DNA of 64,000 bases from Octopus sinensis. Its lineage: Eukaryota. The stretch's first letter is position 1. Every line of letters starts with the position of its first letter. The DNA lies in NCBI RefSeq assembly GCF_006345805.1, contig NC_042997.1, forward strand, positions 65,410,001 through 65,474,000. Reading direction: 5' to 3'. A program made the translations under genes and the position numbers. Under the pieces are notes generated by a model. It did not search any database. It was not told where the DNA came from and was given only the letters and a program-made list of their open reading frames with translations. Below are positions 41,699 through 51,697 of the stretch, piece after piece.

Positions 41699-41899
41699 TA
41701 TATATATATATTGTTTGTGTGTGTGTGTGTGTGTGTTGTGTGTGTGTGTGTGTGTGTGTGTTGTGTGTGTGTGTGTGTGTATTATCAACTACACATATTC
41801 GAAATATACAACCAGTATTTTCGCCTGTAGGCTGCAAAGCAACGCGGCGGCAATCTCCCTCAAATCTCCAGCAGATGTTAAAACATCTGAAAGTCAATG

Positions 41900-42110
41900 A
41901 CATATAAACACACCAACATCGTTGTCAATTAATGGTGGGGAGGGGAGAAAATACAGAGACAGAAACTACATGTACAGATAAACATATATGTGTGTGTGTG
42001 TGTGTATATATATACGATGTTATTCTTTCAGTTTTTCTCAGCCAAATCCACGCAAAGGCCGTGGTTGGCCTGAAGCTATAGTAAAAGACACTCGCCCAAA
42101 CTGCCACACA
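41900..42110 (-). mobile_element. SINE type A internal fragment
   Basis: TTCTTTCAGTTT..CCAAATCCAC.CAAAGGC..TGGTTGGCC...GCTATAGTA.AAGACACT.GCCCAA. Confidence 0.6.
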
Positions 42111-42123
42111 TATATAAATATCT

Positions 42124-42248
<125 letters not shown>

Positions 42249-42252
42249 TAAT

Positions 42253-42308
<56 letters not shown>

Positions 42309-42621
42309 AATATATATATATTATATATATATATTATATATATAATGAAGGGTGAAATTAATTAATTTGGAAAAATTATCAATTACACCAAGTAGTCTTC
42401 GGCATGTAAAAGCCTCATTCGAGGAAAATTTAAGTAATACTAAGCAATAAGGGTTTAGCAACGAGTTGCCTTACCACATACCGAATTTAGAAATAGCAGT
42501 CAAAGGGTTATAGCTATTTCTTCTACTAAAAAGGGAGATCTCAGTAAAAACAGCATTTGGAAGGCACAAACAGGTAAGAGAGAATGAATTGACTGCAATC
42601 TATCATACATTTTTTTAGTTA

Positions 42622-42735
42622 TCCACGGACGTACGTTTCGAAATCAAGTTTTAAGGAAAGCATACGAATTAAATATTAAATATTAAATAATAAATAATTC
42701 TATCTTACCGAAACTTCTTTTCTCTTCAGCGTAGA
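42622..42735 (-). ncRNA. Type I hammerhead ribozyme, canonical core, long helix II
   Basis: Reverse complement of the motif at 43328-43440, with one extra nt in the helix II loop. Confidence 0.85.
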
Positions 42736-43327
42736 ATACTATAATCATAAATGATTATATATTGAATTTTGAGATACCAGAAGGCACCAACTCCACTCAG
42801 TATCAGAGCGAGCTAGAACCCGCAACTGGTATCACCGAATTCAATTTGTGAATGAAACGATTGTGTCAACAGCCCCTTCCCACCCGCGTGTAGCCAAAAC
42901 AAGATGCTGTGGTCATCTACTGAGATAAAATATGGTTATCCGTAATAATGAAGGGTGAAATTAATTAATTTGGAAAAATTATCAATTACACCAAGTAGTC
43001 TTCGGCATGTAAAAGCCTCATTCGAGGAAAATTTAAGTAATACTAAGCAATAAGGGTTTAGCAACGAGTTGCCTTACCACATAATTTTTCCAAATTAATT
43101 AATTTCACCCTTCATTATTACGGATAACCATATTTTATCTCAGTAGATGACCACAGCATCTTGTTTTGGCTACACGCGGGTGGGAAGGGGCTGTTGACAC
43201 AATCGTTTCATTCACAAATTGAATTCGGTGATACCAGTTGCGGGTTCTAGCTCGCTCTGATACTGAGTGGAGTTGGTGCCTTCTGGTATCTCAAAATTCA
43301 ATATATAATCATTTATGATTATAGTAT

Positions 43328-43440
43328 TCTACGCTGAAGAGAAAAGAAGTTTCGGTAAGATAGAATTATTTATTATTTAATATTTATATTTAATTCGTAT
43401 GCTTTCCTTAAAACTTGATTTCGAAACGTACGTCCGTGGA
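43328..43440 (+). ncRNA. Type I hammerhead ribozyme, canonical core, long helix II
   Basis: Helix I TCTACG(43328-33)/CGTGGA(43435-40); core CTGAAGA(43334-40); helix II 43341-43422 closed by G-C; GAAA(43423-26); palindromic helix III ACGTACGT; GUC triplet with predicted cleavage after 43434. Confidence 0.87.
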
Positions 43441-43621
43441 TAACTAAAAAAATGTATGATAGATTGCAGTCAATTCATTCTCTCTTACCTGTTTGTGCCT
43501 TCCAAATGCTGTTTTTACTGAGATCTCCCTTTTTAGTAGAAGAAATAGCTATAACCCTTTGACTGCTATTTCTAAATTCGGTATGTGGTAAGGCAACTCG
43601 TTGCTAAACCCTTATTGCTTA

Positions 43622-43674
<53 letters not shown>

Positions 43675-43680
43675 TATATT

Positions 43681-44157
43681 GGAAGGTTTGGAGATGATGT
43701 ACAGGTATTTTATTTTATATTAGAAGAAATGAGGTACTCAGAAAATCGGATGGTTTATATTTACAGATATTTATTTGTATATTACATTTTTTATACATCA
43801 TATAACTTAGATCAAGTATATAACTTAGATCATCTATTAGTGATTTCTCCCATTCTAGTGGGGTTTTCAAAATCAAACTAAGTTCATGTGTGAAAAGTTT
43901 TGACCATTTTATGATCTCTCTCTCTCAATTTCTCCTCATCCATCACCCTCTTGTACTGTGTTATATTCCTCCCCACCACTATAAACTCAATACCACTATA
44001 AAATGGTCAAAACTTTTCACACAGGAACTTAGTTTGATTTGAAAACGCCACTTGAATGGGAGAAAGCGCTAATACATGATCTAAGTTATATGATGTATAA
44101 AAAATGTAATATACAAATAAATATCTGTAAATATAAACCATCCGATTTTCTGAGTAC

Positions 44158-44162
<5 letters not shown>
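43681..44162. repeat. Third palindromic element between (TA)n tracts
   Basis: Arms 43729-43912 and 43998-44162 are near-identical inverted copies (left arm has an 18-bp tandem duplication at 43801-43832). 85-bp spacer; 48-bp unpaired tail on the left. Confidence 0.88.
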
Positions 44163-44219
<57 letters not shown>

Positions 44220-45679
44220 ATATACATTTTTATACATATTGTATTCTTTATATATGCATATGTATATATAAGCACACACACACATACAGACACATATATA
44301 TATATATCGATAAAATGAGTGGTTAGAAAAATACATACATTCACACATATCTACCTATTTACATAGATACATAGTTACATGTACACATACATATGCATGC
44401 ATACATATATACATATTTTCATTTATATACGTGTATATGTGTGTGTTTGTGTGTGTGTGTGTCCATAGTTCGATGGAAAACCGTTCAATTAATGTTGATG
44501 TTCAACCAACCTCTGTCTTTAAGTGATGAATTTCTGACAATATCATTGTCTCTCTAAAGAAATTACAGTTCATTATGTAGTATTTAAATAGATGTATTTG
44601 GATATAAATATATATAATTAAGAGGCAAGATAACATTATCTACGCTAGCAGCTGATTGCTGTCCTGAATTGCTCTTTAGAACAAGTAGTTGATTTGAAAC
44701 ACTTAGAATCATTGTACAAAAGTCGCAATTCAGTGAAATTTGCTTTGATTTCAGAAGGATATGCGAAATCATGCAAGACATTGAGCATCTATAGAAGTCC
44801 TCAAGCAAAACGTCGATAATCATAGAGATTTGGTTAGTGAATACAGTTTTGATTGCAAGTTATATCATTATATTTTTCGAAGTATAGATCATTGCTATTT
44901 ATGTCTTTTGGGAAGTATGAATATGTCGAGTGAAAATATATGAGCTAATAACTTATTTTGCGTAATCCTTACAAGTAGTTCCAAACATTGATAGTTGGCT
45001 GTGTGCAGGAAATTATAGCTTTGTGTATCAATTTGATATCTGCTACAGTTCTTTTCGACGTTATTTCTGAATTGTGTATACAATGAAGCACAAGAATTAC
45101 AGTAGTTGATTCGGTATAACTATATTTATTTGAATAATAGTAACACGATTCTCGCCTTATTATTTATTTTCCGACCAGCCGTTACTGAAGATGTACCAAC
45201 ACTCCTTGTTCTTCCACGAGTGATAAACCCACGCGCAGATTTCTACAGTTGTCAATTCAACACCAAATAAAAAGTCATAAAAATAAATATTACAAGAAAT
45301 TCTCACGTGCTTGCAACAAACACAATAGATACGAAGAAAAAAATGCAATTATTAAGACAGAGTACAGACATGTCTAAATATAACATTTATCTTGCAAAAA
45401 TCATGTCCTTGTAAATCGTAAACATTATTCAAGACTACATTCATCAGACAATGTAAAAAGATACGCTCCAGGCAATTTAAACTTATATATTTGTGATATG
45501 TACGAGGAATAAATAATGATATTTAATTCTGCTATGATAATAACACGGTACAAATATTAACCTTTTCTCCTGCTGGTTTGCCCAATAGTGTATACACACG
45601 TTGAATGATTATAAAATAAGGGTCTATTCAAATATACTTCATTTCCACAATTTAGTAGAATCTACAGGTATAATACAGT

Positions 45680-46500
45680 TTTTTTATAGGATGGTATGTT
45701 TTCAAATTGATGACCATTATGTTCCAGAAACTGATGGTAATATGAAGTAATAGAATCAAAACATCAAGAAACATTTTGTTTAGTATCTACGAGTATTCCC
45801 GTTCAATAGTTGCTCTCAATACATCAACAGCTGCTGGTTTTGTCCCGTAAATTTATCTTTTAAATATCCCGATTAAAACATCAAGTGGCATGAGGTTCGG
45901 TAAAGGAGGAATGTACGCTACAGAATGTCTTCATCTAATACACTTGTTTGGCAAAATCTCATGAAAGTAGGCCCCTATACTACTATGCTATATTTAGGGA
46001 GCATATTATGATGGAAATAAAACTCCCATATATTCAAGGACCTCTTGAAAACTAGGTATGACTGACTACCACGGTACGTTCAAGTAATTGAGACCAGTTA
46101 GAGTACCGTCAAAATAGAATTGTCCAATTAATCATTAATAAATGGTACCATACTGCAACTCTGGCAAATTTATATGATATTCTTCTGTAATAAGTGGTTT
46201 CTCAGGTTCCTATTTGGTGCAAAGGTTATGTTTAATTGAACTTTTTAAATTTAAACTTTCCCAACAACCTTTCTTGAAAAGTGAGCATCTTCTCCACATC
46301 TTGCCAAAAACTACTTGTAAAACTTACTTCTACCGTCTGGGCCACTGTCATTGGGAAGAGCATCAACTATTCTTGAAGTGTAGCTTGATTTCGAAAATTC
46401 CTATCGCCTACACTACTGACGCACAAGCCGTACGTATATCTTACTGAAAATGTAGAATACCGAAATTGTAACCATAAATTTCACATCACTGATTGATCAT
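45680..46500 (-). mobile_element. rosa/DD41D-like transposase catalytic-domain remnant
   Basis: Remnants of LIGQFYFDGTLTGLNYL, PNLMPLD, LKDKIYGTKPAAVDVLRATIERE, LEHNGHQFEN across shifting frames. Confidence 0.65.
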
Positions 46501-46948
46501 TTAAAACAAGTGGATGTAGAGTGTACAATATATGAAATAGAGGCACATCGAAATAAGATTCAACTGAAATTTTACTGATTACTGAAAACCTGATACAGAA
46601 TATGAGACATATTATCAAACCCCAAAACTGTGATGCATTCATTTCTTATCCTAGATACCAAAACAAAAAATTAATGCCTTTGCCGTTGTATACAGGACTA
46701 AGTTATATGTCCTACATTTATCCACTGGATAAATGCATCATGATACATGAAATATTTTTGGAATGTTTATCAACACCCAATAATATCGAGAGTTTAAATT
46801 TATGAAGCTAATTTTTTCATGTATATATTGCCAGCGTTGCTTCATTACTTCATTGCTTTGAAAAATAGACAACAGGGAATTCAGAGTAAAGAGCAAAGTT
46901 AAATTTCAGCACATAATATAGATAGATACATAGATAGATAGATTATAG

Positions 46949-47072
<124 letters not shown>

Positions 47073-47073
47073 G

Positions 47074-47129
<56 letters not shown>

Positions 47130-47187
47130 CGTTTGTAGAAATACATAAATCCGGAGGAGAAATAAACACACTCTAAGATGAAAAGCA

Positions 47188-47940
47188 ATTATTGTTATTT
47201 TATCATTTTATGTTTGACTTTTGCTTTACATTTGTACAAGTTGGCTCCAAGTCTCACCCAGAGACCTCAAGAGACAACAAGTTGAAAGTTCATGTTGGTG
47301 TTATGCCTAGGGTCCCATATATTTGGTTTTGTACATAGTGTTGTTCTAGAGAATGTTTAAGAAACCATAAGAGAATTATGCCTGTTTTAAAACTTGAGAT
47401 TACATAGAAAGTATTTTGCGTAGGATGTGAGCAGTTCCCATGAGCACTATCTTTTGAATTTCTGACATTTTGGGGTTTCCTGGTATCTCAGCTAGGTATC
47501 AATCAGCCCCTTTTGCTATCATTGCCAGGGCACCTATGACAACAGATATTGTTGTCTTCAGGTTCCACATTTTGCTTATTTCTATTTCAAGATCTTTATA
47601 TTTGCTCAGTTTTTGGTAGGTGTTGACAGATTCGTTTATACCGATAGAGACAGTCATCTCAATGAGGAGACAAGTTATTCAATATGATGTCTAGCCTATT
47701 CACATATATCTTTCTGTCAGTTTGAATAGTGAAGTTCCAGAGGAGTGAGTTGTGATCATTTTCAAGCACTGGAGGTTGTTTGTGTTCCCACCAGTTTTTA
47801 TCATGGGGCAAGTCCAGGCTTTTGCAAATTACCCAGTGAATATATTGTGCAGCTCTAGCATGCCTGTTGAGATATTCTGTTGGCCAAAGAAGACTGCACT
47901 TGGAGACAACATGACCAATGGTTTCATTTTGTTGTTGACA
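47188..47940 (-). mobile_element. RLE-type (R4/Dong-like) LINE 3' fragment, subfamily 1
   Basis: NETIGHVVSKCSLLWPTEYLNRHARAAQYIHWVICK..WWEHK..LLWNFTIQTDRKI..KLSKYKDLEIEISKMWNLKT...IGAL. (TAA)n at its 5' junction. Confidence 0.88.
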
Positions 47941-47950
47941 TTATTATTAA

Positions 47951-48000
<50 letters not shown>

Positions 48001-48020
48001 TATTATTGTTATTATTATTA

Positions 48021-48458
48021 TTCAGTAGTATATTTTTTATATCGTGCTTTCACTTCACTACCGAGCGCAGCTCTGTGTGCCTTAGGTATGTGCTGTGATT
48101 TGTTGTGAAGCTCTGATGGTTATTGTATGGAAGGTGTTCTGCGTAGGATGTGTGCGGTGCCTGGTAGTGCAATTTTCTGTATGTTATATGTGTTTGTAAG
48201 TCCTGGTGTTTTTGTTATGTATTCGTCTGAATATTTTTTTTATCATGCCTAATGCACCTATTATGATAGGGATTGTTTCTGTTTTTAGATTCCACATTCT
48301 GGTTACCTCTAATATCAGGTCTTTGTATTTTGAGAGTTTCTCCATTTCTTTTAGAGACACGTTGTCATCCGCTGGTATTGATACATCAATTAGAAAACAT
48401 TTTTTTCTTCATGATCTCTGACAACTATATCTGTTCTGTTGGCCTTAATTTCTCTATC

Positions 48459-48461
<3 letters not shown>
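48021..48461 (-). mobile_element. RLE-type LINE 3' fragment, subfamily 2
   Basis: DREIKANRTDIVVRDHEEK..FLIDVSIPADDNVSLKEMEKLSKYKDL..RMWNLKTETIPIIIGALGMI. (TAA)n on both sides. Confidence 0.88.
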
Positions 48462-48524
<63 letters not shown>

Positions 48525-49053
48525 GAGTGAGAGAGCAGTGCATGCCATCAAAGTAACATTGGGGCAAAATATACGAAGCCCATTATATCCATCATGACTA
48601 CCCGTCTGATAAGGGTACACCAGACACATGCATCACAACCATATATGCACGACATGGTGATCTTATATCAAGATAAACAGCGCATGATCTTGAAGGTGGG
48701 GCCCAGTTAGAATTTTCTTCTGTTCGAGTAGCCCATCCCGCTCAAGATGTTGAACGAACCACCCATGTTTCCAAAGCTGAAAATTACCAAACATCCAAGA
48801 ATTCCTTTCAACACACGGCTATGATGCACCCACACTACTTCTGCTCATGATCAGAGATGCACATATCGTCAGCCACTAAGGGACATGGTCAACTGGTTAA
48901 GGTCAAACAACTGACAAGCAAATCTGTGGTACTGAGCAAAATATTTGCTGTAGCCCAACTTTTATGCCAAGACAAAACAATGCACATGATAACACTTCCA
49001 ATCAGTTAAGATCAGATGTCATGAGAGCCACTGCCTGGTACTGCGTCAGGGCA
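48525..49053. repeat. Non-coding 529-bp repeat embedded in (TAA)n
   Basis: Homologous to 60209-60620, flanked by (ATT)n on both sides, no credible ORF. Confidence 0.8.
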
Positions 49054-49085
<32 letters not shown>

Positions 49086-49090
49086 TAATA

Positions 49091-49121
<31 letters not shown>

Positions 49122-49740
49122 TACTATTATTATTATTATTATTATTTTATTATTATTATTATACATACATACATACATACATACACATATAAGCATGCAT
49201 TTGTGCATATGCATATATTATTTTTTAAATATATATATATATATAGTACGTGCATATATATAGATATACATATCCATATGCATGTGTGTGTATGCGCGCG
49301 CGCGTTTGTGTGTCCGTGTCTTTGTGTGCATACACCATCAATATGATCGAGTCACCTGAAATCTGATGAATAATCCTTTCAAGGAACAATACACAATACA
49401 CCTCCGCAGTTGAAAAGTGGAATCCTTACCATTTGAGATCTGTTAGAGTCAGATTGGTTCTGTCTCTCGACCTTTGTAACATAGCAAATCAAAATTATCT
49501 GCTAGCAAATATATAATTAATCAAAACTATAACGCGTCTATATATACTCATTACGGACTAGCTGATTCGAAATTGAATATCTGAACGCTGTTGACTTTCA
49601 TCATCGACAAATAACAGTGATTATTTGTCCACATTCGAGTGTACTGGAATGCATTGAGAATTAATAAATACATACACATGCACTTATATACACATAAACA
49701 CATGAGCACATATACACAACAAGACAAAGATAAACATACG

Positions 49741-49775
<35 letters not shown>

Positions 49776-50056
49776 GGTCACTTTTAATGCACTATTTAAA
49801 GGCAACTAAAATATCTTTTATCATGTTAGAACGTGAGCCAGCTGACGTGTGTTAGTATTCGTCAATAAATATGAGTAACTCGCAACACGTTTAAGCGATT
49901 TGTTTAAGATATTTGTATGAAGGCGCGAGAGAGGAATACTAATATAAATCTATGATGGAATAGATTATAAAATTAGCTTTGCAACAATTGCATCCTTAAC
50001 AATGTAGTAGCCTCTCACTCTCCCTCTTTCTCTCTTTCTCTCACTGTCTCTCGGTC

Positions 50057-50124
<68 letters not shown>

Positions 50125-51059
50125 TATATATCCATGTATATGCACATATATAGAGAAATAGTTAGATAGATTGCTATAGATATATGTATATATGTATATG
50201 CATCTTTATATTCACATATATATATATATGTATTATATATATATTATATATATAGATATATATATATATATATATTCCATATTTGATGCAGTTTATTGTT
50301 TATCGGTTAAAACTAAGTCTCTGTTGAACAATAAATATTCCACTCTTCTTTTATATTTAGTAATTTCCTCCTTCAGTTAAAAGATAACATTAAAACAATG
50401 GTGTTGTAAATCAAAGAGTAAATATTTCCCTGTATTCGATTTATCGTTGTCTATTTTAATAGGTATTATTTATGACCGAGAATACAGACAAAAGTGCCTA
50501 ACTTTTCCTCTAGATATGGAGGTGTACTATTTCATTACTGGCATATAAAGACACGTAGTTAATTCAAAACGATTTACAGACGAAGACTTTGTTGTTCATA
50601 ACAAGTTATAACCACTACACTGTGTAAAGCAGCGACATAATAGACGTGCAAATTGCTCTGTCAAGCTAGTCATAAATACCATATAATAGTATATAACCTA
50701 GAAATCTTTGTAAATATCTGTGTAATAGTGATAGTTATAGTGATAAAGTAGTTGCTCCGCTAAGTAAGCCCAGATACAAAACTCGTAAATGTGATCTCAT
50801 GGCGGTTCATCAAGACAGACAGACAACAGCAATAACATCAAGTTTTAGAGGGTTTTTTTTCCTTGAGTCATCAGGTGTAATTTGAATGGTATGACCGACA
50901 TAGACGTCCCTTCATATGCGTAAAGTTTCTTTCTTCTTCATTGAGTTAGAAGGTAACATAGTTATATAACAATGTATTCTTTGCCTAGAGGGTTAAAAAC
51001 TGCACACGATGAATATTCAGTAAATGTATATATATATTATATATATATATACGTATATA

Positions 51060-51224
51060 GGCGCAGCAGTGGCTGTGTGGTAAGAAGGTTGCTTCCCAGC
51101 CACATGATTCCGGGTTCAGTCCCACTCCGTGGCACCTTGGGCAAGTGTCTCCTGCTATAGCCTAAGGCCGACCAAAGCCTTGTCAGTGGATTTTGTAGAC
51201 GGGAAGTGAAAGAAGTCCATCGTA
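51060..51224 (+). mobile_element. SINE type A head
   Basis: GGCGCAGCAGTGGCTGTGTGGTAAG..GGGTTCAGTCCCACTCCGTGGCACCTTGGGCAAGTGTCT. Confidence 0.85.
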
Positions 51225-51697
51225 TACATACACACACATATATACATATACATAGATATGTTTCTTTATTAGCCACACAGGGCTGCACACAGATAGAACA
51301 AATTACAAGGTAGAGCTTTTCTTTTGAAGGTTTAAAAAAAAAAAAAATTAAATAAAAAAATTAAAAAAAAAAAAAATAATAAATAAATAAATAAATAAAA
51401 TAAAAATAAAATAAAAAGGGGGGGTCGATCAAAAGGGATCGTAAAAGGAGAGAAAGAGGACAAAAAAAAGGGGGGGGGTTAAAAAAAAAGGGGGAGAGGA
51501 AAAAATTGATCAATAGGGATCGTTATCACAGAAATGTCAATATGAATGTAAAGGGGAGGACAGGTGAGGTTTACCCGTGGAAAGAAAAGCCTACGGAAAA
51601 GACCACGGTAACCTCGGTCAATGAAGTCACATGTTATATTTCTTTTTTTTTTTTTTTTTTTTTGCAAATAAGCAACTCTCTGTATTAATTTTTCGGT

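Larger units (their letters stand above)
42342..43625. mobile_element. ORF-less PLE pseudo-LTR/retrozyme-like insertion: 603-bp unit, 139-bp tandem redundancy and 545-bp inverted copy
   Basis: 42342-42480 is identical to 42945-43083 (period 603). 42437-42982 is the reverse complement of 43081-43625, with only one 1-nt indel found. Both ends abut (TA)n. Confidence 0.9.

Noticed and set aside
42385-42425. Second hammerhead-like motif in the tail of the 603-bp unit (UCGAAUGA GGC..GCC GAAG)
   Set aside because: Core deviates at several essential positions, there is no helix I or NUH, and it is not conserved in the 28.5-kb relative.
44055-44075. GAAAGCGCTA (palindromic helix III-like) in the third palindrome
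   Set aside because: No upstream CUGANGA or helix II, and not conserved in the other arm.
44640-44820. ATG-less 56-codon open frame VLNCSLEQVVDLKHLESLYKSRNSVKF
   Set aside because: No recognisable motif or splice boundaries.
51330-51500. Poly-A/poly-G rich stretch suggesting a G-quadruplex or LINE tail
   Set aside because: Lies inside the inferred Tx1 3'UTR, and run lengths are probably unreliable in this assembly.
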